Positions 19,046-29,227 of a DNA stretch of 42,980 bases are shown here, one piece after another. The position numbers and the translations under genes are program-made. The stretch is from a virus (Duplodnaviria > Heunggongvirae > Uroviricota > Caudoviricetes): IMG/VR virus record IMGVR_UViG_2778261642_000006; one strand, 5' to 3'. The number at the start of each line of letters is the position of its first letter. Position 1 is the first letter of the stretch. The notes beneath the pieces are model-generated. The model ran no database searches, had not been told where the DNA came from, and worked only from the letters and a program-made list of their open reading frames with translations.

Positions 19046-19558
19046 ATGAAAGAAATAAAATTAACGCCAGAAATGGTGCTTTCTGTTGTTGATTACAATC
19101 CATCGTCAGGCGACTTTCACTGGAGATGGAGGCAGGGGAGAGAGAGGACCACTTTGACATGGAACTCTCGTTTTGCTTTCAAGAAATGCTCATCAATAAA
19201 TTCTGATGGGTATTTAATGATTATGATTAATGGTAAAGCATACCCTGCTCACAGACTGGCATGGTTGATTGTTTATGGCACCATGCCCGATGGTTTTATT
19301 GATCACATCAACAGGGTAAGAACAGATAACCGGATATCAAATCTTCGTCTTGTCACTCATTCCGAAAATATGCAAAACAGGAAAATTCAGAAGAATAATA
19401 AATCTGGATACCGTGGCGTGTCTTGGGATGCTAAGTACGGGAAATGGAGAGCAAGAATTAATGCGTCTGGAAAGTGTATTAACCTTGGATACCATGACAC
19501 TGCCGAACTTGCCGCTGCGGCTTTTGAGGCAGCCAGAATGAAATATCATACCGTTTAA
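19046..19558 (+). CDS. HNH endonuclease with AP2-like domain (paralogue of 16347..16913)
   Basis: 170 aa; shares HNH block (…IDHINRVRTDNRISNLR…) and AP2-like block (…SGYRGVSWDAKYGKWRARINASGKCINLGYH…) with the ninG-associated copy. Confidence 0.8.
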   Translation: MKEIKLTPEMVLSVVDYNPSSGDFHWRWRQGRERTTLTWNSRFAFKKCSSINSDGYLMIMINGKAYPAHRLAWLIVYGTMPDGFIDHINRVRTDNRISNLRLVTHSENMQNRKIQKNNKSGYRGVSWDAKYGKWRARINASGKCINLGYHDTAELAAAAFEAARMKYHTV

Positions 19559-19612
19559 AGATGTAAGCTGCCGTTAGTGACTCTTAAGTTGCAACGGTGG
19601 CTTTTTTTATTT

Positions 19613-19687
19613 GGGTCAGTCGTATAAAGGTCATTACGGAAGGCTGTTAACCTTCTTATCGTGGTTCGAGTCCACGCTGTCCCGCCA
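19613..19687 (+). tRNA. tRNA-like gene, anticodon GUU (Asn) by manual folding
   Basis: Acceptor GGGTCAG/CTGTCCC (1 mismatch), weak D-stem, anticodon arm GAAGG-CTGTTAA-CCTTC, T-arm CGTGG-TTCGAGT-CCACG, discriminator G, CCA. Confidence 0.5.
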
Positions 19688-19692
19688 AATAT

Positions 19693-19768
19693 GCTGGTTT
19701 AGCTCCAATGGTAGAGCAGTCGCCTTGTAAGCGAATGGGTAGCGGTTCAAGTCCGTTAACCAGCACCA
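19693..19768 (+). tRNA. tRNA, anticodon UGU (Thr) by manual folding
   Basis: 76 nt; acceptor GCTGGTT/AACCAGC, D-arm GCTC…GAGC, anticodon loop CTTGTAA, T-loop TTCAAGT, discriminator A, CCA. Confidence 0.6.
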
Positions 19769-20011
19769 TAACTGAGCCGTAGCCACTGGCTATCCTGAAT
19801 TCATCAGTGATAGTTATGCTGCGGCCTTCTACACATGACCATCGTGAAAGCGGGTGGCAAGAGGCTGCGCTAACAACCTCCTGCCGTTTTGCCCGTGCAT
19901 ATCGGTCACGAACAAATCTGATTACTAAACACAGTAGCCTGGATTTGTTCTATCAGTAATCGACCTTATTCCTAATTAAATAGAGCAAATCCCCTTATTG
20001 GGGGGTAAGAC

Positions 20012-20335
20012 ATGAAGATGCCAGAAAAACATGACCTGTTAGCCGCCATTCTCGCGGCAAAGGAACAAGGCATCGGGGCAATCCTTGCGTTTGCAATGGC
20101 GTACCTTCGCGGCAGATACAATGGTGGTGCGTTTACAAAAACAGTAATCGACGCAACGATGTGCGCCATTATCGCCTGGTTCATTCGTGACCTTCTCGAC
20201 TTCGCCGGACTAAGTAGCAATCTCGCTTATATAACGAGCGTGTTCATCGGCTACATCGGTACTGACTCGATTGGTTCGCTTATCAAACGCTTCGCTGCTA
20301 AAAAAGCCGGAGTAGAAGATGGTGGAAATCAATAA
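20012..20335 (+). CDS. S: Holin S (lambda S107/S105 dual start)
   Basis: [34 protein letters not shown]… essentially identical to recalled lambda S. Confidence 0.95.
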   Translation: MKMPEKHDLLAAILAAKEQGIGAILAFAMAYLRGRYNGGAFTKTVIDATMCAIIAWFIRDLLDFAGLSSNLAYITSVFIGYIGTDSIGSLIKRFAAKKAGVEDGGNQ

Positions 20336-20795
20336 TCAACGTAAGGCGTTCCTCGATATGCTGGCGTGGTCAGAGGGAACTGATAACGGACGTCAGAAAA
20401 CCAGAAATCATGGTTATGACGTCATTGTAGGTGGTGAGCTATTCACTGATTACTCCGATCACCCTCGTAAACTTGTCACGCTAAACCCCAAACTCAAATC
20501 AACAGCAGCCGGACGCTACCAGCTTCTTTCCCGTTGGTGGGATGCCTATCGTAAGCAGCTTGGCCTGAAAGACTTCTCTCCGAAAAGCCAGGACGCTGTG
20601 GCACTGCAACAGATTAAAGAGCGTGGCGCTTTACCGATGATTGATCGCGGTGATATCCGTCAGGCAATCGACCGTTGCAGCAATATCTGGGCTTCACTGC
20701 CGGGCGCTGGTTATGGTCAGTTCGAGCATAAGGCTGACAACCTGATTGCAAAATTCAAAGAAGCAGGCGGAACGGTCAGAGAGATTGAGGTATGA
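20319..20795 (+). CDS. R: Endolysin R (lytic transglycosylase)
   Basis: [51 protein letters not shown]… matches recalled lambda R. Confidence 0.95.
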   Translation: MVEINNQRKAFLDMLAWSEGTDNGRQKTRNHGYDVIVGGELFTDYSDHPRKLVTLNPKLKSTAAGRYQLLSRWWDAYRKQLGLKDFSPKSQDAVALQQIKERGALPMIDRGDIRQAIDRCSNIWASLPGAGYGQFEHKADNLIAKFKEAGGTVREIEV

Positions 20796-21259
20796 GCAGA
20801 GTCACCGCGATTATCTCCGCTCTGGTTATCTGCATCATCGTCTGCCTGTCGTGGGTTGTTAATCATTACCGTGATAACGCCATCGCCTACAAGGAGCAGC
20901 GCGATAAAAAAGTCAGAGAGCTGAAGCAGGCGACTGCCACCATTACTGACATGCAGCAGCGCCAGCGCGATGCTGATGCACTCGATGCTAAATACACGAA
21001 GGAGTTAGCTGATGCGAAAGCTGAAAATGATGCTCTTCGGCGCAAGCTTGATAATGGTGGCAGGGTGCTCGTCAAAGGAAAATGCCCTGTGCCATCCTCA
21101 GACGAAACCTCCAGCGCCTCCGGCATGGGCAATGATGCCACCGTCGAACTCTCTCCAGTTGCTGGACGAAACGTTCTCGGTATCCGGGACGGAATTATCC
21201 GCGACCAAACAGCACTGAGAACGCTTCAGGAGTACATCAGGACGCAATGCCTTCGATGA
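20792..21259 (+). CDS. Rz: Spanin inner-membrane subunit Rz
   Basis: [34 protein letters not shown]… matches recalled lambda Rz N-terminus; C-terminus diverges. Confidence 0.9.
   Translation: MSRVTAIISALVICIIVCLSWVVNHYRDNAIAYKEQRDKKVRELKQATATITDMQQRQRDADALDAKYTKELADAKAENDALRRKLDNGGRVLVKGKCPVPSSDETSSASGMGNDATVELSPVAGRNVLGIRDGIIRDQTALRTLQEYIRTQCLR
21012..21218 (+). CDS. Rz1: Spanin outer-membrane lipoprotein Rz1 (embedded in Rz, +1 frame)
   Basis: [21 protein letters not shown]… lipobox followed by proline-rich region, entirely within Rz. Confidence 0.8.
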   Translation: MRKLKMMLFGASLIMVAGCSSKENALCHPQTKPPAPPAWAMMPPSNSLQLLDETFSVSGTELSATKQH

Positions 21260-21480
21260 TAGCGATAATTTTACTCATCATCCTTCACATCTGGCTCTGT
21301 AGACAGGGTGGTGATCACTTCTGGAGTAAATCCAGATTAAACATCTCATTGCTGATGCTTGATATTGAGCATCTGGCGCGCGGTAAGGGGCTGCGTTGAG
21401 ATAAGAGCCAGTCATCACAAACACCAGGATTTAGCCTCGCATTCGCGGGGTTTTTTATTCCCAACTCCATAGGTAATTTT

Positions 21481-21960
21481 ATGACCCAGCATATTGGCGT
21501 AAAACTGATTAACGCCTTTCCGATGACGAGACAGGCATATAACGATTTTCGTGGCTGGCAGCTTCCTGCCGGAGAAAACGGCGAGGACGAAGGCTATCTG
21601 GTTGAATATCTGGATGGCGGAAAACCTAACACCGATCGCTTTGATGGCTACGTTAGCTGGAGTCCAAAAGAAGTATTCGAAAAGGCTTATCGTCCGGTAT
21701 CAGGGTTAAGTTTCGGCCTTGCCATGGAAGCGTTAAAACAGGGCAAAAGTTTGCAGCGGGCAGGATGGAATGGGAAAGACCAGTTTGTTTATCTCGTGAA
21801 AGGGGAAAAATTAGCGTCTGCGTTGGGTTATGGCTTTGGCGAATATGTTGGCGAGCCAACTTTCAATGACACGCTTGTATTGAAAAACTCACAGAACCGC
21901 CTTGCTACATGGGTTCCATCCATTGGCGACCTGATGGCTGAAGACTGGCAAATCATTTAA
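21481..21960 (+). CDS. Hypothetical protein, C-terminal half DUF2829-like (possible Tad2-like)
   Basis: 159 aa; …AMEALKQGKSLQRAGWNGKDQFVYLV…WVPSIGDLMAEDWQII resembles my recollection of the DUF2829 pattern; N-terminal ~70 aa unassigned. Confidence 0.45.
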   Translation: MTQHIGVKLINAFPMTRQAYNDFRGWQLPAGENGEDEGYLVEYLDGGKPNTDRFDGYVSWSPKEVFEKAYRPVSGLSFGLAMEALKQGKSLQRAGWNGKDQFVYLVKGEKLASALGYGFGEYVGEPTFNDTLVLKNSQNRLATWVPSIGDLMAEDWQII

Positions 21961-22263
21961 CCATGTAGGCATTACAAAGCCTATCTACGGGTGGGCTTGA
22001 TAATGAAACCGGAGTTAATTTCTGGTCACTAATTAACGGCAGTACAGCGAAACAACCCAAGCCAGTAAGTGGGGAAATAACACTGGCAGCCACTGAAAGA
22101 TGAACCTCCAGCCTTATGGCAAAAAAGATTCTTTGTGGTGGCGGACTGATGGAAAGACATCGGTTATTGCAGAGGCCATTCAATGAATGGTCTCGACAAT
22201 GGCTTATACCCTACACGGGATAACTTAACTGATATCCCTTTTAACGGATAAACGGAGCCAACA

Positions 22264-22506
22264 ATGGCAGAGATTATTCCCATGACTGAAGAACAGAAAT
22301 TCCAGTTAGAGATTTACAAGCTGGTCATGAACCAGAGCGCAGCCGCAGAGGAAGCATTTCAATTCATCGGCACTGACGCGTTGAAGCTTGAGCTATTCAA
22401 AATTCACTTCCAGTCAGGCGGCGCTAATTCAGATATCACGACCCGCACAATCGAAGCGGTGCGTAAATCGAAGGAAGCGTTAGACCTGTTCACCACCGGA
22501 GCATGA
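22264..22506 (+). CDS. Hypothetical protein
   Basis: 80-aa ORF upstream of terminase genes. Confidence 0.45.
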   Translation: MAEIIPMTEEQKFQLEIYKLVMNQSAAAEEAFQFIGTDALKLELFKIHFQSGGANSDITTRTIEAVRKSKEALDLFTTGA

Positions 22507-22507
22507 T

Positions 22508-22699
22508 GTGAGTCGCGTAATAATTTTGGGTAAGGAGAAGAAATTCCCAATTACTCAAGAGCTATACGAGAGGCTGGAAAGCGTCATCCATGATTATGGT
22601 GAAATCAGTGTATGTGAGGCGATTGGTACACTCGAATTGCTGAAGCAGTCATTGATTGAAAGCATGAAGAGCCAACGACCTGAAATGACAATTAAGTGA
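22508..22699 (+). CDS. Hypothetical protein
   Basis: 63-aa ORF starting 2 nt after the upstream stop. Confidence 0.45.
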   Translation: MSRVIILGKEKKFPITQELYERLESVIHDYGEISVCEAIGTLELLKQSLIESMKSQRPEMTIK

Positions 22700-22706
22700 G
22701 ATGAAT

Positions 22707-23129
22707 ATGGCGACTGAACCAAAAGCTGGTCGCCCCTCTGATTATATGCCGGAGGTGGCTGACGATATCTGCTCGTTGCTTTCTTCTGGCGAGAGCTTGC
22801 TGAAAGTATGCAGGCGCCCAGGTATGCCGGATAAGTCCACTGTTTTCCGCTGGTTGGCAAAGCATGAGGATTTTCGCGACAAGTACGCGAAGGCAACTGA
22901 GGCACGAGCTGATTCTATTTTCGAAGAGATATTCGAAATTGCTGACAATGCGATTCCAGATGCTGCTGAGGTGGCAAAGGCAAGACTTCGCGTTGATACC
23001 CGCAAATGGGCGCTGGCCAGAATGAATCCCCGTAAGTATGGCGACAAGGTAACTAACGAGCTTGTCGGTAAGGACGGCGGCGCAATCCAGATTGAAACAT
23101 CACCGATGAGTACTCTATTCGGAAAATGA
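22707..23129 (+). CDS. Terminase small subunit
   Basis: 140 aa from MATEPKAGRPSDYMPEVADDICSLLSSGESLLKVCRRPGMPDKSTVFRWL… (HTH-like); directly upstream of large terminase with overlapping stop/start. Confidence 0.7.
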   Translation: MATEPKAGRPSDYMPEVADDICSLLSSGESLLKVCRRPGMPDKSTVFRWLAKHEDFRDKYAKATEARADSIFEEIFEIADNAIPDAAEVAKARLRVDTRKWALARMNPRKYGDKVTNELVGKDGGAIQIETSPMSTLFGK

Positions 23130-24541
23130 CCTCGATTAATCCTATCTTTGAACCGTTCATTGAGGCGCATCGCTACAAAGTCGCCAAAGGCGGTCGAGGT
23201 AGCGGTAAGTCATGGGCAATTGCGAGGCTGCTTGTTGAAGCGGCGCGTCGGCAGCCAGTGCGTATTCTCTGCGCTCGTGAACTGCAAAACAGTATCAGCG
23301 ATTCGGTAATCAGGTTACTTGAAGATACCATCGAGCGGGAAGGGTATTCGGCTGAGTTTGAAATTCAGCGTTCCATGATTCGTCATCTCGGAACGAATGC
23401 TGAATTCATGTTCTACGGCATCAAAAACAACCCGACGAAGATTAAATCGCTCGAAGGCATTGATATCTGCTGGGTGGAAGAAGCGGAAGCGGTAACGAAG
23501 GAATCATGGGATATCCTGATACCAACCATCCGCAAGCCATTTTCCGAAATATGGGTGAGCTTTAACCCGAAAAACATCCTCGACGATACCTATCAGCGAT
23601 TCGTCGTAAATCCTCCAGATGATATTTGCCTGCTGACGGTGAACTACACCGACAACCCGCACTTTCCTGAAGTTCTCCGTCTGGAGATGGAAGAGTGTAA
23701 ACGCAGAAATCCGACCCTGTATCGTCACATCTGGCTTGGTGAGCCAGTGAGCGCAAGTGATATGGCAATCATCAAACGTGAATGGCTTGAAGCCGCAACC
23801 GATGCGCACAAGAAACTAGGATGGAAAGCGAAAGGCGCTGTTGTTTCTGCACATGACCCGTCAGATACAGGGCCGGATGCTAAAGGTTATGCATCGCGTC
23901 ACGGTTCGGTTGTTAAGCGCATTGCCGAAGGTCTGCTGATGGACATCAACGAGGGTGCTGACTGGGCTACTTCGCTGGCGATTGAAGACGGCGCTGACCA
24001 TTACCTGTGGGATGGTGATGGTGTTGGTGCCGGGCTACGCAGACAGACAACGGAAGCGTTCTCCGGCAAGAAAATCACCGCCACGATGTTCAAGGGCAGC
24101 GAATCGCCATTCGATGAAGATGCACCGTATCAGGCCGGAGCATGGGCTGATGAAGTCGTACAGGGCGACAACGTTCGCACTATTGGCGATGTATTCCGCA
24201 ATAAGCGAGCGTAATTCTATTACGCGCTGGCTGACAGGCTGTATCTGACATATCGGGCGGTTGTTCACGGTGAGTATGCAGACCCAGACGACATGCTGAG
24301 TTTCGACAAAGAAGCGATAGGCGAGAAGATGCTGGAGAAGCTGTTTGCAGAACTGACGCAGATTCAGCGCAAATTCAATAACAACGGGAAGCTGGAGCTT
24401 ATGACTAAGGTCGAAATGAAGCAGAAGCTCGGTATTCCATCTCCTAACCTGGCTGATGCACTGATGATGTGTATGCATTGCCCGGAGTCGGCTGCGCAAC
24501 CCGACTATTCCAGTTACTCAATTCCTTGTGGTGTAGGTTGA
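23126..24541 (+). pseudogene. Terminase large subunit interrupted by in-frame TAA at 24212..24214
   Basis: Walker A VAKGGRGSGKS; 362-aa ORF ends at TAA, and the same frame continues without frameshift (FYYALADRLYLTYRAVVHGEYADPDDMLSFDKEAIG…) to 24541, 2 nt before the portal start. Confidence 0.7.
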
Positions 24542-24542
24542 T

Positions 24543-26741
24543 ATGGCAGAAAAAAAGATGACTGACTGGCATCGCAAGGTGCTGTGCAACTTTGATAATG
24601 CCTGGTCAGCAACGCAGGATATGCGTGAGCAGATTATTGAGGCTCAGCGTTTCGTCCGGGTGTCCGGCGCACAGTGGGAAGGCAGCACAAACGCTGGTTA
24701 CTCATTTGATGAAGGCAGGTTTGAGCATTATCCGCGTTTTGAACTGAATAAGATTTCCCGTGAATGTGATCGCATCATTGGCGAGTATCGGCAGAATCGC
24801 ATCAGCGTTAAATTCAGGCCAAAGGATGACAAGGCATCGGAAGCGTTAGCCGAAAAGATGAACGGCAAATTCCGCGCTGATTATCAGGAAACATCCGGTG
24901 GCGAAGCGTGTGATAACGCATTTGATGATGCTGTAACGGGCGGATTCGGTTGTTTCCGCATGTGTGCTGATTACGAAGATGAAATGGATCCGAGTAACGA
25001 GCAGCGACGCATCAGTCTTCTTCCTGTTTACGACCCAGCGACATGCGTCTTCTTCGATCAGGACAGCAAGCAATATGACCGCTCTGATGCTATGTGGGCT
25101 ATGGAAATGTTCTCCATGACGCCTAAAGCGTTCGAGGCTGAATACCCTGATTCCATCGCGGCAAGCCTTTCTCGTGATGACACTGGCACTCAATATGACT
25201 GGTCAACTCCTGATGCCATCTATGTTGGACGCTACTACGAAGTTCGCATAGAGAAGGTGAAGCTCACGGCGTGGCGCAACCCTGTTAGCGGAGAAACGGC
25301 AATCTATGATGAAGAGCAAATCAAAGATATTGTCGACGAACTGACCGATGGTGCATTCGAACTGATTGGCGAGCGAACGGTGAAGAAGCGCCGCGTTTAT
25401 TGCGGTCTTCTGTCTGGCGCTGAATGGCTGGAAGAACCGAAGCGTATTCCGGGCGAACATATTCCTCTCATCCCGGTATATGGGCGTCGCTCATTTGTTG
25501 ATAATCAGGAGCGAATCGAAGGCCACGCAGCAAAAGCGATGGATGCACAGCGTCTTGAGAACCTGATGGTTTCCATGATTGCAGATAACGCCACTCAGGC
25601 TGGCGGTGATGGCATTCCTATCGTGGATGTTGATTTCATTCCCGGCCCATTAATGAATCACTGGGCAGAGAGGAATAAGAAAAGACCTGCAGTTCTTCCT
25701 ATGACCAGCAAGAAGGACAAAAACGGAACAGTCATTTCAGAAGCTCAGGTTGCTGGCTGGACACCTCCGACACAAATGCCTCCTGCTCTTGCCGGGCTAT
25801 TGCAGTACACCGGAACTGCTATTCAGCAAATTACAGGCGCGTCGCAGCTTGAGAACATGCCGAGCAACGTCGCTACTGATACCGTTGATAGCATCTTTAA
25901 CCGGATGGATACGCAGTCCTATATCTACATGGACAACATGGCTAAATCCATGCGTCGCGCTGGCGTTGTGTGGCTTTCTATGGCGCGTGAAGTCTATGGC
26001 AGCGATACGCCGATGCGTATCGTTAATGAGGACGGCAGCGATGACGTGGCGCTGATGACTGGTGAAGTGATTGACCGTCAGACAGGGCAGGTTATCGCGC
26101 TTAACGACCTTTCGCAGGGTAACTATGAAGTGACTGTCGATGTTGGTCAGTCGTTCGCTACTCGCCGTGATGCAACGGTTAAGTCGTTACTTTCCATGCT
26201 GGCACTTATCCCGCCAGGAACGCCGAAGCATGACCTTGTATCGTCGATGATTCTCGACAATATGGACGGCGAAGGGATGGAGGACCTTAAAGAATACAAC
26301 CGCAATCAGTTGCTTCTGTCTGGCGTTATCAAGCCGAGAACGCCAGAAGAGCAGCAAATGGTTGAGCAGGCGAAACAACAACAGGCCAGTCAGCCAGATC
26401 CGGCTATGGTTGCTGCGCAAGGTCAGCTTCTTGCTGGTCAGGCTGAATTGCAGAAAGCGCAGAACGAACAGGCAGCCATTCAGGTTAAAGCATTCCAGGC
26501 ACAGACTGATGCTCAGGTTGCAGCGGCAAATGTTGTGAAAATCCTCGCATCTGCCGATAGCCAGCAGAAATCTGATATCCGCGAGGCTCTGAAACTGCTC
26601 GGACAGTTCCAGCAACAGCAAGGAGACAATGCCCGTGCTGATGCAGAGCTTGTCCTGAAAAGTCAGGCACAGGGCCATGCGCAGCGCATGGACATCAGCA
26701 GCATCCTGCAAAAACCAACTCAGCAACAACCACAGCAGTAA
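24543..26741 (+). CDS. Portal protein (P22 gp1 family)
   Basis: 732 aa; conserved blocks shared with recalled P22 portal (…KRRRVY…GEHIP…PV…, C-terminal …RMDI…ILQ…). Confidence 0.9.
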   Translation: MAEKKMTDWHRKVLCNFDNAWSATQDMREQIIEAQRFVRVSGAQWEGSTNAGYSFDEGRFEHYPRFELNKISRECDRIIGEYRQNRISVKFRPKDDKASEALAEKMNGKFRADYQETSGGEACDNAFDDAVTGGFGCFRMCADYEDEMDPSNEQRRISLLPVYDPATCVFFDQDSKQYDRSDAMWAMEMFSMTPKAFEAEYPDSIAASLSRDDTGTQYDWSTPDAIYVGRYYEVRIEKVKLTAWRNPVSGETAIYDEEQIKDIVDELTDGAFELIGERTVKKRRVYCGLLSGAEWLEEPKRIPGEHIPLIPVYGRRSFVDNQERIEGHAAKAMDAQRLENLMVSMIADNATQAGGDGIPIVDVDFIPGPLMNHWAERNKKRPAVLPMTSKKDKNGTVISEAQVAGWTPPTQMPPALAGLLQYTGTAIQQITGASQLENMPSNVATDTVDSIFNRMDTQSYIYMDNMAKSMRRAGVVWLSMAREVYGSDTPMRIVNEDGSDDVALMTGEVIDRQTGQVIALNDLSQGNYEVTVDVGQSFATRRDATVKSLLSMLALIPPGTPKHDLVSSMILDNMDGEGMEDLKEYNRNQLLLSGVIKPRTPEEQQMVEQAKQQQASQPDPAMVAAQGQLLAGQAELQKAQNEQAAIQVKAFQAQTDAQVAAANVVKILASADSQQKSDIREALKLLGQFQQQQGDNARADAELVLKSQAQGHAQRMDISSILQKPTQQQPQQ

Positions 26742-26831
26742 TTAACCCATAACGTGCAATGGCTGTCTTTATGAGGCCTGGCACCCTATTGCCTTCCGAT
26801 GGGCTGAACATCGAGTAAACAGGGGTAACAA

Positions 26832-27725
26832 ATGGATCAGATGGCAGAAAACACACCAGAAGTTGAAATCGAAACCGACGCGTCAGAGCAGATTCCTGAT
26901 GATGTCGAACTGGCTGAAGAAGTCGAAACAGAAGATGGCAGTGAGTCCTCCGGCAATGATGCAGAGGAAGCTACTGAAACTGATGACGACGAATCAGAGC
27001 AGGAATTCTACTTTGGTGACGAAAAGCTGGATTCGCCAACCAGCGAAGATGGCGCAGAGCATGGACTGGTAAAACACCTGCGCAAGACGATTAAAGAGAA
27101 AGACCGCGAACTGAAAGAGCTGATGCGTCAGTCTCAGAAACCCGTCGAGCAGCAGCCGGTAATCACTCAACCACCGCGAATGCCAAAACTGGATGATGAG
27201 GACATCGGTTTCGATGAAGAAATCTATCAGCAACGTATGGCTAAGTGGGCAGAGGAAAACGGCAAATACCAGGAGCAAGTACGAGAGCGGAAACGAGAGG
27301 AAGAGGCGCGTACCGCAACTCTTCAGCAGAAAGCAGCCAATTACATGCAGAGAGTAAAAGCACTGAAAGTGGCTGGCTACCAGGATGCAGAGCAGGCTGT
27401 ACGCGAAGATGTTCCTGTTCATATTCAGGACATGATCCTTCTTGAGTCAGAGAAGCCGGAAATCGTTGTTCTGGCGCTCGGCCGCAACGCTGAACTGCGC
27501 AAGCAACTGGCAGAAGCTACCAACCCCGTAGCAATTGGTCGTCTGCTGGAACGTATCGAATCGAAGGCCAGAATCATGCCAAAAGCAAAAACCACGGCAG
27601 CCACAACCCCGACAGTTAAGGGGAGCAACGGCGCAGTAATCAATAACCTCGACAAACTGAAAGCCAAGGCGCTGGAAACTGGTGACTGGACGCCGTATTT
27701 CGCCGCTAAAAAGGCAAAAAAATAA
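26832..27725 (+). CDS. Scaffolding protein (P22 gp8-like)
   Basis: 297 aa; highly acidic N-terminus, coiled-coil middle, basic C-terminus; between portal and coat. Confidence 0.75.
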   Translation: MDQMAENTPEVEIETDASEQIPDDVELAEEVETEDGSESSGNDAEEATETDDDESEQEFYFGDEKLDSPTSEDGAEHGLVKHLRKTIKEKDRELKELMRQSQKPVEQQPVITQPPRMPKLDDEDIGFDEEIYQQRMAKWAEENGKYQEQVRERKREEEARTATLQQKAANYMQRVKALKVAGYQDAEQAVREDVPVHIQDMILLESEKPEIVVLALGRNAELRKQLAEATNPVAIGRLLERIESKARIMPKAKTTAATTPTVKGSNGAVINNLDKLKAKALETGDWTPYFAAKKAKK

Positions 27726-27743
27726 CCTATCGGAGCATTAAGC

Positions 27744-28997
27744 ATGGCTAACCAATTAGCAAAAGACCTTGAAATCATGTTCGAAAACTACGTTGAAGGC
27801 TTTGAGGCCGCCTGCGTAGTTTCCCGTAACGCTAAAAAATTCCGTCCCGGTGATACAGCAATGCAGCGAGCAGGTGATGTTCTGTATCGTCCGCAGCATT
27901 ACCACATGAACATTGAGGAAGGCCTCGACCTCAGCAGCAAAACACCAACAGCACTGGTTCAGCGCCTTGTTCCTTCTGTGTTCAAGGAGCCGAAAAACAT
28001 TCTGTACACTCTGGATGCGCGTGAAATGCGTGACCCGGAACATAAAACTGAAGCTGGTCGCGCCGCAGGTATGCGCCTTGCTGCACAGATTGACTCTGAC
28101 CTGATTTCCATGGTCACGCAGCGTGCTACTAACGTGATCACAATGGCTGACTCAACCACTGGTTCACAGGGCCGTGATTTGTGGAACTGTGCGGCAGGTA
28201 TTGATGCCACCATGACGGCGATTGGTGTACCACAGGGTATCAACCGCCGCTCTTTCTGGAACCCCTTCAACTATAAAGACCTTGCTGGCGAGCTTGGTCA
28301 CCGTGCTTATGCTCAGGGCGCAACCCTGACAGCATACGAAAAAGCGCAGATCCCTCCGGTTGCGTCCTTCGATAGCTACAAGACCGATATTTCCGGTCGT
28401 GTTCCGAAGGGTACAGCAACTTCCATTACGCTGGCAGCAGCACCTGCGCACAAGGTTGAAGCGAAAGATGCTAACGATATGCCAGTGGATAACCGACAGG
28501 GGACCATTACGGTATCTGCTGAAGGTTTGCAGGTTGGCGATGCGTTTACCATCGCAGGGGTGAATTCCGTACACCAGATCACCAAAGATACCACCGGGCA
28601 GCCGCAGGTATTCCGCGTTCTGGCAGTTAGCGGAACGACAGTAACTATATCCCCGAAAATTCTGCCGCCTGACAACGCGGATGTCGCCAGCCGTCCATAT
28701 GCAAACGTTGATGCTAATGCGGCAAGTAGCGCAGCAATCACCATTCTCAACAAAAATGCCGCACCGGCTAACCTGTTCTGGGCTGATGGTTCTGTTGAAC
28801 TGATGTACGGCAAACTGGCGTTCCCGACTGGTCAGGGTCCACAGGTAATGACAGCAACCACCGAGCAGGGCGCTACGCTGATCATGTCTTATGCCTTCGA
28901 CCACATCAAAGGCGTAACCACTGCTCGTTTCACCACTCTGTACGGTTGCTCTGTACTTGTTCCTGAATATACGGGCATCGTTATTGCCGGGCAGTAA
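27744..28997 (+). CDS. Major capsid (coat) protein, P22 gp5-like
   Basis: 417 aa; size and position after scaffold; followed by a strong terminator. Confidence 0.8.
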   Translation: MANQLAKDLEIMFENYVEGFEAACVVSRNAKKFRPGDTAMQRAGDVLYRPQHYHMNIEEGLDLSSKTPTALVQRLVPSVFKEPKNILYTLDAREMRDPEHKTEAGRAAGMRLAAQIDSDLISMVTQRATNVITMADSTTGSQGRDLWNCAAGIDATMTAIGVPQGINRRSFWNPFNYKDLAGELGHRAYAQGATLTAYEKAQIPPVASFDSYKTDISGRVPKGTATSITLAAAPAHKVEAKDANDMPVDNRQGTITVSAEGLQVGDAFTIAGVNSVHQITKDTTGQPQVFRVLAVSGTTVTISPKILPPDNADVASRPYANVDANAASSAAITILNKNAAPANLFWADGSVELMYGKLAFPTGQGPQVMTATTEQGATLIMSYAFDHIKGVTTARFTTLYGCSVLVPEYTGIVIAGQ

Positions 28998-29004
28998 TTT
29001 TGGT

Positions 29005-29027
29005 GGGGCTTCGGCCCCATTTTTATT
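29005..29027 (+). terminator. Intrinsic terminator after the coat gene
   Basis: GGGGC-ttcg-GCCCC followed by ATTTTTATT. Confidence 0.8.
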
Positions 29028-29038
29028 GGGAGAAGACA

Positions 29039-29227
29039 ATGGCACGAACAATGCTCTATAAGCCGGGCAACATGATCACCTGTGGTCAGTTTGCTGTCGA
29101 TTACATCATTGTTGATGACGAAGAAGTTAAATCTCACCTGAAAAAAGGCTGGGTAAAAACTCCTGAAGAAACCGCAACGAAGCAAAAAGTGGCTAAGGCG
29201 GAAGAAGATGGCGAAAACGAAGGGTGA
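29039..29227 (+). CDS. Hypothetical small protein
   Basis: 62 aa from MARTMLYKPGNMITCGQ…; immediately downstream of the coat terminator. Confidence 0.4.
   Translation: MARTMLYKPGNMITCGQFAVDYIIVDDEEVKSHLKKGWVKTPEETATKQKVAKAEEDGENEG

Noticed and set aside
19769-20011. Possible third tRNA or structured RNA (inverted repeat GAACAAATC…GATTTGTTC) between the tRNAs and S
   Set aside because: Could not fold a cloverleaf with acceptor and T-arm; the inverted repeat alone is insufficient.
23955-24248. 97-aa plus-strand ORF in an alternative frame spanning the terminase stop, which might indicate a frameshift
   Set aside because: The terminase-like sequence resumes in the original frame, not this one, so the lesion is an in-frame stop; this Arg-rich frame is not terminase-like.
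24035-24499. 154-aa minus-strand ORF
   Set aside because: Antisense to the terminase large-subunit sequence on both sides of the in-frame stop.
26187-26729. 180-aa minus-strand ORF
   Set aside because: Antisense to the C-terminal part of the portal gene.
28164-29051. 295-aa minus-strand ORF
   Set aside because: Antisense to the major capsid gene; Cys/Arg-rich translation.
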